Source: Octopus sinensis
Lineage: Eukaryota
Assembly (NCBI RefSeq): GCF_006345805.1
Contig: NC_043003.1
Span: 112,468,001-112,532,000 of the forward strand
Direction of reading: 5' to 3'
DNA length: 64,000 nt
The translations under genes and the position numbers were made by a program. Below, piece after piece: positions 1-14,429 of this stretch. The notes beneath the pieces were generated by a model that saw only the letters and a program-made list of their open reading frames with translations, had not been told where the DNA came from and ran no database searches. Every line of letters begins with the position of its first letter. The first letter of the stretch is position 1.

Positions 1-1010
1 AGAGCAACATAAACTAACAAAGTGATGCTGGGATAGAAATGTACGAATCCCAATATATCTACTTGACTACCCATGCCATAAGGGTAAACCGTGCACATGC
101 ACCACAACAATAAGTGCGCAACATGGTAACTTCATGACAAAATAAACAGCATATGACCTTATAGGTGAGGTGCAGTTAGAATTGTCTTCTTATCGAGGAG
201 TCCCACTCCGCTCAAAGAACCCTGAATAATGGCTGTTCAGGGATGATGAAATATCCATGTTTCCGGAGGTGGATTATTGAAACCCCAAAGAATTTCTCTC
301 AACACATGGCTACGATGCTCCCTCTCTACTCCTGCTCGTGATCAGAGATGCATATATCGTAAGTCACCAAGGGACATGCTCAGCTGGTTGAAGCCAACCA
401 ACTGACAAGCAAATATGTGGTATTGTGCAGAATATTTGATGTAGCTCATCTTTCACACCAAGACAAAACATATACATGATAACACTTCCAATTAGTTCAG
501 ATCAGAAATCCTGATAGCCGCTGCTTGTTATTCCACCAGATCAATTAGTATTACTGTATTTATTATTATTGAGTGAGAGCGCAGTGCTTGCCATCAAAGT
601 GACACTAGGGTAAAATATACGAAGCCCAATATACCCATCATGACTACCTGTCTGATAAGAGTACACCAGGCACATGCATCACAACCATATGTGCGCAACA
701 TTTTGATCTCATATCAAGATAAACAGCGCATGACCTTGCAGGTAGGATCCAGTTAGAATTTGCTTTAGGCCGAGTAGCCCATCCCGCTCAAAAGTTCCTT
801 GAATAAGAGTTGTTTATGAATGTTAAACGAAACACCCATGCCTCCAGAGATGAATTATTCAAACTCCAAAGAATTTTTCTCAACACATGGCTATGATTCT
901 CCCCGACTACTTCTGCTCCTGATCAGACATGCACATATCTTCAACCAAGAGACATGCTCAACTGCTTATGGACAAACACTGACAAAAGCTCTGTGGTATT
1001 GAGCAGAATG
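1..1010 (-). repeat. Two diverged tandem copies (~1-540, ~571-1010) of an unclassified interspersed repeat
   Basis: Shared blocks (ctcaacacatggcta, cagttagaatt, ccgctcaaa) recur about 580 bp apart; an (ATT)n run lies between the copies; a related fragment lies in the opposite orientation near 1875-1940. Confidence 0.6.
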
Positions 1011-2339
1011 TTTACAAATTATGAAATATTAATGGCACAAAACAGTAAGTACATAAATTGAGTAATTAGGCATACATTCAAATGTCTGCACAATCATATA
1101 TACATTTTGATACCCATAATACTAAGTGAAATTTACAGGACACACATACAAGCAAATGAAAACACGTCACAAACGAAGCCAAACCAATAAAAAACAAATA
1201 AAAACTTGTTTTATTATTTGAACTAACACAGACAGAGTGAACAATTCATAAATTTAAAAGCACCACATAAAACTATGCCCGGAGATAAATCTACCAACAA
1301 AAACATTACAGACCAATACAGAACTGTTAGCCTTAAGAAGCTACGTAACTAGCAATGTTTACATGCAGAGAACTTGGAGGCGGTGTAGTCTCAAAACATT
1401 ATCCCTAACACAGACAGATCCGTCCCCTAATGTCAATGCTAATGGATTGTTTTGTTTAGGTTGTATTACTGAATTGATAGTGTCTTGCATAGGGTGTAAG
1501 TTGTTCCTAGCAGGGCTATTTTGGTGATAGTATATAGCATTGAGAGTCTAGATATAGATTCTACGTTTTTTTACGTACATTTTTTATCATACCTAATGCT
1601 ACAATTACACTGTTTAACAAACATTTTATTTATTTTTCTCTTCACTCAGTAAATGCTATTTCCTACTTGCTTCTATCTAGAAATCAAAGGAAACGACTAC
1701 TATCCCCTTCAAACTTTGCTTTCGTGACCTGGACATCAATGTTTTGAAATTGACTTTTTCTCCATCACATTTCAGACAGATTCAACGCTGAGTTACTAAA
1801 GCAGAAATATTGTTCTAATTAATATTCTTATCAATATCACAGATTCTCAGTTCCTTGGCCTTAACTACTTGCGCATGTCCCTTAGTAGTGGTGGAGCATC
1901 ATAGCCATGAGTTGAAGGGGATTCTTTGGGGTGTTAATAAACGTAACAAAAGCAATGTTTGAAGAAAATAGCAAAGGATAAACAAATAGGAAATAACAGT
2001 TGCTATGGAAGGAGAAAAATCGTGTTACGCAGTGTAATGTTTGGAACAATGGAAACGTTGGAACACAAACCGTCAGGGGACTGAAAAGCTTGGAAATAAA
2101 AGTTAAAATAGGAAGCATAAGACTTTTCTTTTTACGCTTGGCCTACAATATTTTGTTATACTATTTCCTTTGCTACATATTATCTCTATTAGCATTATTT
2201 TACTCTGCTTATGCATAGTTTCACACGTAATATATAGACACACATGCATCTATATATATACATACACGCACATATATGTATACACATATATACATACTCT
2301 CTCTCACACACACACATATATATGACGATTAGTAAGGAA

Positions 2340-2530
2340 AGACACAAATAAGAAAGAAGAAAACAAAGGACCACTGATGCGGTCACAGGAGTGTGACGAA
2401 AGAGCTCTGGCCGAAATAAGATTAAGATTAATGTAAAAAATAAATAACACTGAAACGAAATAACACCAAATATATAGTGCGTGTGTTTTTATTGGCTAAA
2501 CTGGCAAAAGGACCATTCCGAAATATAACA
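2340..2530 (+). mobile_element. Short repeat with HHR-like motif (second copy ~51920-52100, - strand)
   Basis: CTGATGCG GTCAC-AGGAGT-GTGAC GAAA GAGCTC, then AATAAA; reverse-complement copy near 52 kb. Confidence 0.5.
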
Positions 2531-2877
2531 ATATCTGTTTCAACACACGACTTCACATAAAAAATCTTGCACAACAAATATTAACAATTTTCTAATGCAT
2601 TTTCAAAACCGATTTTTTTTTTAAGTATCTTTCATCATTTTTATATATATTGATTTTCTTATAGGTTTTCCTAAATAATAAATATTTGTTTTAGATAAAT
2701 GAATGAAACATTTGATTTTTCACATAAACGTTTTATTTATCTATTTGTTTATTTGTATATTTATAAACAGTTTGATAAGGAAATATATTTCTTGCTTAAA
2801 ATTTGAAATACAAAATATATTCTAAATTTATAGAAAATATATAGTTATAAACTTTTACTTATTCTTTATCAACTTAA

Positions 2878-2921
<44 letters not shown>

Positions 2922-3176
2922 GTGTGTGTGTATGTATATATATATATATATATATATGTGCGTGTGCGTGTGTGTATGTATTGTATGCTTCTATACATTC
3001 ATGTCTGCTGCTATAGTTGAAACACTTCATAAAGCTGCCTTTGAGATATTGTCTTATATAGTTTTTGTTACCCTAAGAGGTATTTGATAAACACGTTTTC
3101 TTAGGTTGCAGATTATACCTTTATAACGGTTGGTTTACTCTCTACAACATATATACATATATATATAAATTCATAC

Positions 3177-3212
<36 letters not shown>

Positions 3213-3217
3213 CATGT

Positions 3218-3251
<34 letters not shown>

Positions 3252-3478
3252 GGAATAGACAGATAGATGGATAGATGGATGGATGGACGCGCATGTATAT
3301 GCATACACATGTACATGCATACCTGTACTTAAACGTACATATATGCATATATATATATATATATTTATTATTATATATGTGTTCATGTATATGCGCGTGT
3401 GTGTATGTGTAAGTGTGTGTGTGTGTACTTCTTTTTTATATATGGTTTGCAAGATTCTTTATGTGAATTCATGTGTTG

Positions 3479-3511
<33 letters not shown>

Positions 3512-3513
3512 TG

Positions 3514-3566
<53 letters not shown>

Positions 3567-4382
3567 GGTATGTATGTATGTATGTATGTATGTATATATA
3601 TATATATATGCATATGTATGTATGTTTGTGTATATAATTATGTATTTATGCATGTTTAAACATACATCCATATATGAGTTTGCGTGAATATGAATGTTGA
3701 ATGCATATGTATTTAGAAAGAAGATAAGGCGCTTGCATTTAAACATTTAAATGAAAATATATTTTCATTATTGCGTATTACTAGTATTCCTGCTAGCTAT
3801 TCGACATTTTATCTAGTCTTCTGTTCTGACTTTAGTCTTTTCTATTTTCTTCTTACGAATCTTTATATCCATTACTTTTATTTTTAAAAAAGTGATAAGA
3901 GGCCTACGCATACTCAAGTAATAAACTTTTTGCTCACTTTTTAGATATCTAACATTGGAATATCCAGAAACAGCCTCAACAAAAAGCATGGTTACTCATA
4001 TAAGAATAACTTCATTCTAATAACAGGCTTTCTTTATATTCGCTTGCTATCAAATCTATTTTTCTCTACGAACTAATATTTTTATTATTTCGTCTGATGT
4101 ATTTTCAGATATTTTTGTAGCTTCTATATCATGTAATTGAAGAGAACAGTAAAGTAGAAAATTTTAGTTTTCAAAATGCAGCTCCAGACCTCTGAGTTAT
4201 GCACAGAAAAGCAGCTCCTATTCACTAAACAGTTATAATCATTTCCAATACTACAAAGAAATCCTGAGATCTTTTCACGTATGTTCACCTAGCTGTTTCC
4301 CAGTATATAACTGATACGTTGGCATAAGTAAGTCATCCCTATGAGGGTGTTAAACTGAGATTGTAAATTTGAACTATTATAT

Positions 4383-4792
4383 AGGCGCAGGAGTGGCTGT
4401 GTGGTAAGTAGCTTGCTAACCAACCACATGGTTCCGGGTTCAGTCCCACTGCGTGGTATCTTGAGCAAGTGTCTTCTGCTATAGCCCCGGCCCGAATAAT
4501 GTCTTGTGAGTGGATTTGGTAGACGGAAACTGAAAGAAGCCTGTCGTATATATGTATATATATATGTATGTGTGTGTTTGTGTGTCTGTGTTTGTTCCAC
4601 TAGCATTGCTTGACAACCGATGCCGATGTGTTTACGTCCCCGTCACTTAGCGGTTCGGCAAAAGAGACCGATAGAATAAGTACTGGGCTTACAAAGAATA
4701 AGTCCAGGGGTGGATTTGCTCGACTAAAAGCGGTGCTCCAGCATGGCCGCAGTCAAATGACTGAAACAAGTAAAAGAGTAAATAGAAAGAGT
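4383..4792 (+). mobile_element. tRNA-derived SINE, family A (octopus-type)
   Basis: A-box-like TGGCTGTGTGG and B-box-like GGTTCAGTCCC, internal TA/TG microsatellite, GAAACAAGTAAAAGAGT tail; several copies in window. Confidence 0.9.
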
Positions 4793-4796
4793 ATAT

Positions 4797-5975
4797 ATCA
4801 GGTCATCCTATAAGTTCTGTCAGATTTTACCGTTTTTAAAATTGAATGAAATTTAATAGTATTTTCAAATATCTACTGGAATTACAAATGATTTTTGTGC
4901 ATTTGTGTACATTTAAACTAATTAAATATCATTTTACAGGATTTGTTTTTATTAAATCTCTTTCTAACATGGAAGTATAAAAAGAGCATTTAAGGCACAT
5001 AATGTTTTATGAGTACAAAAAAGAAAACTTTGCAGCCGCAGCGACTCGAACATGCATGTGAATGAATGCTTGAATGAAAGAACTTTCAGAAGATAGTTTG
5101 CAAAATTCAGAAGTGGAGATTTCAGCCTTGAAGATGAAGATCAAACAGGACGTCCAGTTGAATTTGATGATAAGCTCCTTGAGACATTACTTGAAGAAAA
5201 TCCTGCATTATCTATTGAAGAATTGGCAATAAAGCTTCGTTCAAACCATACAACTCTTCATCATCATCTTCATAATCTTGGAAAGGTTCCTAAACTTGGA
5301 AAATGGGTGCCTCATTAATTGTGCAAAAGCAACCGCAATTCCCGAGTTGACATCTTCTCTTCTTTCCATTATCGCGAATTCATTTCACCATTTTTTGATA
5401 GACTTGTGACTGGTGACGAAATATGGATCTTCTATCGAAATGTTAAGCATCGTAAACAGTAGTTTGGTAAAAGGGAAAAAGCTCAACCACAACCGAGAAT
5501 GGAACTTCATGCGAAAAAGTTTCTTCTCTGTATCTGGTGGGATTGCAAAGGAGTACTTCACTTTGAATTGTTATCACCTAATGCAACAATCAATGCTCAA
5601 GTCTACTGGCAGCAATTAGAACGTTTGAACCAAGCTTTGAAGAAAAAAAGACCCGCATTAGTGATTCGAAAATGAGTGATGTTTCAACAGGACTATGCGT
5701 GACCCCACACTGCAAAAAGCACATAACAGAAGATCGAAGAGCTTGCTTGGGAAATATTCCTCATCCACCTTATTCTCCCGACCTTTCTTCTTCAGACTAC
5801 CATTCGTTTCGTAGTTTAAGGAATCATTTGGGGGACATAACTTTCGCAAGCCATGAGGAGGTCGAAAACTAACATTTCGGAGTTCTTCGCTTAGAAACCA
5901 AAATGATTAAAAAGATTGTAAATGGATGGAAGGAAGTCATAGATAATCAGGATAAGTACATTGATGATTGAAATT
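4797..5975 (+). mobile_element. Decayed mariner transposase pseudogene
   Basis: Broken frames give KWVPH, LVTGDEIWI, DYA*PH and HPPYSPDLSSSDYHSF (ORF 5672-5872); multiple stops and frameshifts; 3' end runs into TA repeat. Confidence 0.9.
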
Positions 5976-6157
5976 ATATACATATACATATATATATATA
6001 TAAGTAGTTGAATGAATTATCCTAGTATGGATAATTCGGTTAACCGATACCCGGGTAGCAAATTCACGTCTGAAAAACATGCAGTCTTCGAAACATATGT
6101 CGAGAATAAAGGATTTTGTTAAATCGTCGTTCAACTCCATTCTTTCATTTATTTGTA

Positions 6158-6259
<102 letters not shown>

Positions 6260-6303
6260 ATAGATAGATAGATATATATATAATATATAATATATATATA
6301 TAT

Positions 6304-6370
<67 letters not shown>

Positions 6371-6376
6371 TAGATG

Positions 6377-6482
<106 letters not shown>

Positions 6483-6615
6483 AAAACTTCAGATTCAGAT
6501 GAATTAGGTACTTAAGTGGAGGTATCAGAATTTAGTACGGTATTATCTATATCCATACAATTCCAAAATAAGGTGATTTAAATTCAAAATAAGCAACAAG
6601 GATACACACAAGTAA

Positions 6616-6701
6616 TGCAATACGATCGTTTCAAGCAACTCCATTTAACTGACCAATGCAATCATTACATCAGTTTAAATGCAGAGCAATCCTCAGTTGC
6701 A
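6616..6701 (-). ncRNA. Minimal type-I hammerhead ribozyme, intact core
   Basis: Reverse complement reads UGCAA CUGAGGA [57-nt stem II hairpin] GAAA CGAUCG UA UUGCA. Confidence 0.8.
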
Positions 6702-7817
6702 GAAAGACATAGAATTAAATTAAATGAAAACAGATGGACACGTTAGTATAATTTTACCTAAATCCTCTAAGAAGGTAAGGTGATAGACAAAGAACATGCT
6801 GTCTTCGCTTCACCTTGGAAGCTACTAAGGTATTAGGAAGAGAGACTTGTTAGAAATCTAGCTTGTCACTGCTTTTGGGGGGGCGTCAGTTTCAATTTAT
6901 AGTCTTGTTTATCAAATCTTTGTATATCAAAATCTAAGATTAAAGAACAAGTAGCAGTGTCTGTTAGGAAGGGGGCTGCGGGAGTCGACAGAAATCATAG
7001 TGGGTATAGTCATAAACTATCAAGATTAATTTGAAGCAATATAATGAGATTTGGTAAAGGAAATCTTAAATCAAGATGTTAACTGACAATTAAAGGGGGA
7101 AGCCACTAGTAGATCATTGATAATGACACAGGGGAAATTTTATCATGGCTACTATAGTTAAATATTTTAAACAATATTACCATATTGTATAAAGTTAAAA
7201 TTCAGGGTTATTCAGAAGATTATTAAGAAGAATATTATAACAAAATGATAATTTTTTTTGAATACTTTTGAGTATATACCAAATTTTACCACAATAGATG
7301 GACGAAAACAAATTACATAGAAATAGCTTAATATTTAAAAATATTATATGCTTAGATACTAAATTATTAGATAGTATTTATGAATATTTACTGCTATTTA
7401 CTGGTATTTAATAATAGAGTACTGAGGCAAAAGAACATGCTAACTATATATTAATTAAGTAGTGAAGATACCGGTATTGTTTTATATAGGCTAAGTATGA
7501 ATTTATAGGGCTACAAATATTAGATTTATTATATAAATAAAGGGTATTATAAATAATAAGATGATCAGGTAGGGAAGAACACCATAGAAAAGGAATAAAA
7601 TAGCTTAATCACTAAAAATCATGATAGAGTATATATCATGATAAAGTATATATACCATATTAAGATCAGTAGTAAAGATTATAGAAAATGTAAATCAGAA
7701 ATCCTTTGTTGATGTCGGATCATTTTCTAGTTTTCTCTATAAATGACAATACCTATTTATACTGCTTGTAATTGTTACTTTCATTCTGGGTCGTTGTTTC
7801 CTTTAGATTAGCATGTA

Positions 7818-8676
7818 CGAGGTGTAGTCATAAAGTATCCGACCTTTGGCCACTAAAACAAGTAATATGAAAGAACTTACCATTTTGATTTAGTCACCGT
7901 GGGAATCTACACACTTCTGCCAGCGTTCCTGCCACAGCTGGAAATATTTCTGGAAATTACTTTTATGGGATGCTGTAGAGCTGTGCCGTCGAATTTTGCT
8001 TAATGTCCTCCTTTGACTCAAATCATTTCCCTTTGAGTGTTTTTTTTTTTTTAGACAAAGACACACGGAGCTAAATCTGGGGAGTGGGAAGCCTAACGAA
8101 CAAGTGGTGTATTTTGCTTGACTATGAATGCTTGGAAGACGTGGGTGGAATGAGCGGGAATGTTGTCATGGTGGAGTTTTCCCTTCTTTAGTGCCCAGAG
8201 GTTGGGTCATTTTCACCACACAGTTTCACGAAGGCGACAAGAACACCCACCCAGGTAATATTCTTTTTTAATTGTCTGGCCACAAATTGGCTCACTGTCC
8301 ATTGAGTTGCGGCTGTCTTTGAACCAGTTGTATCACACCTTTATTTGTGGTTTTCCCATAGCACTATCTTCAAAGGCCTTTTGAATCTTCTCGATAATCT
8401 GGGCTTGCGAATCACCAAGTTTTCGACAGAATTTGATACAGTATCTTTGCTCAGTGCGCTCGGTTATCTTGTCTCAAAAAGAAAAATTGCACAGTACACT
8501 ATTCACGCCTGTACTCAACGCGTCACTGCGGGCGAATGACGCAGTCTACAGACACGAAAATGTTTGCGCATGCTTAAGAGAGGACGCAGCCACCTAATAC
8601 CCATTCGGATTTTGCTGACACATTATTATTTTGTGCAAAAAAAAATCAAGGTCAGATACTTTGTGACTTCTCCTGG
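7818..8676 (-). mobile_element. Internally deleted mariner with both TIRs
   Basis: TIRs cgaggtgtagtcataaagtatccgacctt / aaggtcagatactttgtgacttctcctgg with TA flanks; minus-strand HDNIPAH and HSPDLAPC remnants. Confidence 0.85.
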
Positions 8677-8985
8677 TATATATCACATAAGAAATGGAAA
8701 TAAACGTATGTCGATGTGAAGGCGCATAAATTATGTAACTGAAATGACGTGTCAACAAATAGTTATCCAAATCACCTGAGGGTATCAAGAAAACCGAGCA
8801 TTAGACGTTAATCCCAAATGTTATAATTGACACCCAGCATTTTTTGGTCAGTCTTTCTACATTTACTCTCCCCTCGTATTTTCTTTGGTTCTTTCATTTC
8901 CTCTTTTTCTCAATCCCTTTTCTCATTCTTGCTTTCTTATATGTGCAGCTGTTCCATACATCTATCCTGAACTTACGATGTTGAT

Positions 8986-9001
8986 CCTCCAGGTGGCGCT
9001 A
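8986..9001 (+). promoter_or_regulatory. Candidate CTCF motif
   Basis: CCTCCAGGTGGCGCTA closely matches the CTCF core consensus; single motif only. Confidence 0.3.
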
Positions 9002-10401
9002 GCGAAGGGGACGGTTGTTGTGGCTATTCCCATCATCATCGGAGACGTTGTCATCGTCGTTGTTCTCTTAGCCAGCATAGTTGTTGTCATCATGTACTGG
9101 TTAAACCAAGACAGCCTAGGTTTAACAGAATTATGGTCAAGAAAGACATTCTAGATTTGACTATCCCGCCTCGGGTTTTTCTTTTCGAAAGGTAGTTGCT
9201 CATTGAGCAATATCGCACTGAAAAATTACGTAAAACGACATTATCTAAATGTCATTTTTTCCCTTTAGTTTTATTGCATTACCCTGTGGTTTGAAAATCT
9301 GCCTCAAATTTGCAGGGTCAACAATCACATAGAGATCCATCTAATAATGAGCTTATGTAATGGATACATAGAGGATCAGATAAAATCACTCAGCCCAAAC
9401 ATCTCACCACCACGCCGACTTAACCACCAAATAACATTTTTCTATATAATTTCATTTATTTCTTAAAAAAGCATTTTTTTTTTGTATAAATGTTCTATTA
9501 TCATCTTTCATCAACGCGCCGAGGGAATTAGCGCCATTATGCTTTGTTGTGATTATTTGCATTGTTGTTCTGTTTTGACATTTTCTTTTGTTATCAAAAT
9601 CAATATGCTTTATTCAAACTAAGAAAAATAATATGAATAAGCACTGTATTAGTGTTGTCTAAACCTGTAATTAACTCCCTAGCCAAGAAAGACGGATGTA
9701 ATCTTACACAAAATTAATTCTTCTGTTCATATTCTCTTTCTTTTAAATTTTAATTCTTCATAACTGATACGTTAATGTCTCGGTGGGGAAAGAAATGATT
9801 TCAGCTTGTAATTTTTTCCTCTATGTTGTATTCTCTCTTTTCCAATTGTTCTGGAGATAATCAGTAGAATTTCAGTTGTAACAGAACTTTCTATTGACTT
9901 TCTCTTCGCGTGATCATTACATAATTTAAATAAAGAAGTGAAATTATTTCAAGGAGACGGGAGATGCAAACAATAACAGGCCGTAATCGAAAAATAAACA
10001 AAGTCAGAATAAATAAGTTTTGAAAATTGCAATTAAGGGAGTTTAAATTATTACTATTTTTTAAAAAATTTATTTATTTATTTAAATTTCACTTTCACTT
10101 GCCTCTTACTTCTCTTACTGTCTTCAAAACACCAGTTACTTCTTACTATTAACCTCTAATTTTTCTCCCACTTACACACACACACACTCTCTATCTATTT
10201 CTCTCTCTCTCTCTCGCTACGCCCCTCTCTCTCTCTCTCATTCTCTCTGTCACTCTCACACACAGAAACACACACATGTACAGGAAGAGAGAAGGAGAGA
10301 AAGAGTAATATTAAACGTCCTCGGCCTTTTCTCATTTTCTGTTGTCATATTTAGTCATAAACTTCAGTCGAAGTCATAATTATTCTAATGGATACATATA
10401 C

Positions 10402-10452
<51 letters not shown>

Positions 10453-10827
10453 ATTATTCTAATATTTATATATATATATATATATATATTTAATATATAT
10501 GAGTATGAGTGTATGTATGTATGTCCTAGGGAATCACAAGTTCAAAAGAAGCTACGTCCGACTACGTGGAATAAAGAACTTGAGTATAATTCTGGGAGTG
10601 AAAAATATATTTAATTGATAATCGTTACTCCCACAAAATATACATTTTAAAACTATTATAATATACGTATTTATTAACTTTTGCAAGAAAATACTTGACA
10701 GCCACTTCAAACTTCTGGGTTGCTTGCCTTCATTAGGTGAGCATACCGATATTTTGAGGTTACAATCAATCACATCCTTGAAAATGATGTGATTCATATA
10801 AACATCTCTCTGCGTGTGTGTGTGTGT

Positions 10828-10859
<32 letters not shown>

Positions 10860-12063
10860 TGTATGTGCGCGTGTGCATATATGTATGTGTGTTCCTCATC
10901 TCTTATTTTTTTGGTTTTTAATTCGCACCCCTTAATATTATATTTGCTTTTTCCGCTCTGTTCTGCTTTGACTCTCTCTAACTTCTTTGTTTGTTTCTCT
11001 TTCTCCCTATCTCTTTTTATCCCTAACTTTCTACCGCTCTCCCTTACACACACACACACACACACACACCTCTCTTTCTCTTTGTGTCTCTCCCTCTCTT
11101 TCTCACACACTCTAACAAGCTACTTTGAAACAGTGTTATTGTAGCTCTATTTGAATTGCCCCCTTTTTCCTCTTTCTTTATTCATATTCCGATCTCGTTT
11201 TGACGAGGTGAGTGTGTACGCAGCCTTTAGCGTCTCAACATATCTTGCAATAATTGGTTATCTTGATGAGGTTACTGCAGATTATTTTGTTCATATTTAC
11301 AGATAGATGCAGGCTAACCATTGGTGGAGATACACCGGATTTTAATGGGGTTGCGATGGGGTTACGATGCGGTCGTAATGTGGTTGCGTTGTGTACGGTA
11401 TTCTTCATCAGTTGCGTTAGCTAAATTATGGAACCTAGGAGAAGGTAATTAACTGAACCGTACAGAGTGTGTATTGTATGTTTTACTATAGTTTCAGAAA
11501 AGAATCGATTAGTTGAAATAATAATGAACCGCTCCATAATTGAAACAGAATAATGGAGGTGCATCCAGTTTCAGAAAGATTAATCAATGGCTGGAGAGAG
11601 TGAATGTCTATTAAACAAAAGGAGATCAACTCTACATGTTTATAAATATTGAAGGGCCTCACATATATAGTGAAATGAACAACTCCGAAATAATCTAAAT
11701 ATCCCTATACAGGTGTATAAAATCAAAAACAAAACAAAAAAGAGAATTCCACTCATATCACGGGGTTGAAATTCATCGAAACGTTATGCCCAGGCATAGC
11801 TGTGTGGCTAAGGAATTCGTTTAGATTTTGGGCTCAGTACCACTACGTGAGAGTTTGTGCGACTGAACTTTACTGGGCCTATCAATACTTTGTTACTAAA
11901 TTTGATAAATGGAGTGGAAACCTGCGGTATATAAATGTAATATATATGTATGTGTGAATAAATACATACGTGTTTATGTATGTATTTATGTATGTATATA
12001 TGTATATATGTATGTTTGTGTGTATACATGTGTGAATGAATATATGTACATGTGTGTGTGTAT

Positions 12064-12723
12064 TGTGTAGTGCGCTTGTATGTATTGTGTGTCCGCGTGT
12101 GTGTGTACGTGTGTGTGGGGTCATTTGTGAGCATTACGAGTAACATGTAATCCAATCAGCCTACTACATGATCAGACCGTCGGCAGCTACATGGCAAACC
12201 TGCTAAGCTTGCTTAGTGTGGAGGGAGGTTGAGCAACTTGCAAAATGAAATGCGGAAGAACTCAATAAAGTCAACGGTCATCATGTACTGTGTACACAAT
12301 TTTCGTCCTGCTATTTCTCATGGACCGCGGTGGTGCCTGCAGCAATCATCGACAAACTGGTGATTTTGGCGCAGAAAACGCAATAATTTCACAGAGGATT
12401 AACACGTTTTCAACAACGGGCAGGTAGAACAGGTTCAGTCAGCAGTGAGCCTTGAGAATGAGAATTATGATTGACCCATAATCCTTGTTAGAACATCACT
12501 CTAGGAGAAGGAAAACTGTGATCTAAACCTGCAACTCGATGGCAACCAAAGAGGCAACTGTTTCTTGTTTTGGAGGTATCTGTCATCGTTATTCAGAAAG
12601 GAGAATAGGTTGAATTCAAGTCCTCACCTTTGAAAATCATCGCGCACAAACATCGCTTGACGTACCGGAATCGTCATCTCGTGCTCAAAAAATGAGGATG
12701 CGACCATCATGTATATTTATATG

Positions 12724-12756
<33 letters not shown>

Positions 12757-13440
12757 ATGTGTGGGTGTGTGGGTGTGTGTATGTGTAGTGCGCTTGTATG
12801 TATTGTGTGTCCGCGTGTGTGTGTACGTGTGTGTGGGGTCATTTGTGAGCATTACGAGTAACATGTAATCCAATCAGCCTACTACATGATCAGACCGTCG
12901 GCAGCTACATGGCAAACCTGCTAGCTTGCTTAGTGTGGAGGGAGGTTGAGCAACTTGCAAAATGAAATGCGGAAGAACTCAATAAAGTCAACGGTCATCA
13001 TGTACTGTGTACACAATTTTCGTCCTGCTATTTCTCATGGACCGCGGTGGTGCCTGCAGCAATCATCGACAAACTGGTGATTTTGGCGCAGAAAACGCAA
13101 TAATTTCACAGAGGATTAACACGTTTTCAACAACGGGCAGGTAGAACAGGTTCAGTAAGCAGTGAGCCTTGAGAATGAGAATTATGATTGACCCATAATC
13201 CTTGTTAGAACATCACTCTAGGAGAAGGAAAACTGTGATCTAAACCTGCAACTCGATGGCAACCAAAGAGGCAACTGTTTCTTGTTTTGGAGGTATCTGT
13301 CATCGTTATTCAGAAAGGAGAACAGGTTGAATTCAAGTCCTCACCTTTGAAAATCATCGCGCACAAACATCGCTTGACGTACCGGAATCGTCATCTCGTG
13401 CTCAAAAAATGAGGATGCGACCATCATGTATATTTATATG

Positions 13441-13473
<33 letters not shown>

Positions 13474-13499
13474 ATGTGTGGGTGTGTGGGTGTGTGTAT
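12064..13499. repeat. Near-identical tandem duplication, period ~718 bp
   Basis: 12064-12781 is repeated at 12782-13499 with only a few differences; the unit contains ctaggagaaggaaaactgtgatctaaacc, reminiscent of RTE 5' UTRs. Confidence 0.9.
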
Positions 13500-13517
13500 G
13501 TGTATATATAATATATA

Positions 13518-13602
<85 letters not shown>

Positions 13603-13936
13603 TGATAATAAGGAGAATGAAGAATTTAAACGTTCAAATTTTATGTTTATTTGCATGAGTTTGAATGTTGAAATTCCTCATTCTCCTTATTATCAATACT
13701 GTAATTTACTCTCTAAGTAGCCAAGAAATAATCTGCAACTTCGGATGGGTGTTAAAGGAAATTTACCATAAACGCATCGTCTGAAGGAACCAGCCTTGGC
13801 ATTTTATACAGAGAAATTCGGTAACTGCCTGGATATTATAACTCTCCTCTTACTATATCTATATCTATGGATGCTTTGTTGTCCCTTTTTTGTATCACCT
13901 AACTGTCTGGATGTTTTGCGTTCTTGTCCAATTTTG

Positions 13937-13983
<47 letters not shown>

Positions 13984-13988
13984 TATAT

Positions 13989-14203
13989 ATATACTTCATT
14001 TAAAACAGCAGAAAATTCAACAAAACCTGTTACTCTGAGTTTCCCGTTGCCGTTCAAAAACTGTCCGATGAACGGCAACGGGAAACTCAGAGTAACAGGT
14101 TTTTATTGAATTTTCTGCTGCTTTAAATAAAGCATATTACTCTACCACTGGTATTTGAGTACTCTTTTTTCCACCTTGTTTCACATTTATGTGTTTACTC
14201 CGG
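13989..14203 (+). mobile_element. Fold-back mini-element with HHR (14061-14098) in (TA)n
   Basis: Arms ~13989-14056 and ~14069-14137; CUGU CCGAUGA ACGGCAACGG GAAA CUCAGAG UA ACAG. Confidence 0.75.
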
Positions 14204-14429
14204 TATATATATATATTATATATATATATATAATATATATATATATAATAACAATAATTTTGACAAAGACGATTAGGTCGATTAGTGTGTTAAAATATTC
14301 TGTAGAGCACCGGCACAGTTTAAGCTATCTCTTGTCATCCGCAGTTGTGGTACACTCCTGTTGGATCTACTTCAGTAACACCGTAGTGGCAGTTAGGGCA
14401 ATAATATTGATTAACGGGAGATGGATTCA

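Noticed and set aside
10690-10745. Weak HHR-like strings (also ~1330, ~13775, ~45175, ~51705, ~55790, ~56945)
   Set aside because: Several core mismatches and incomplete stems; not distinguishable from chance by eye
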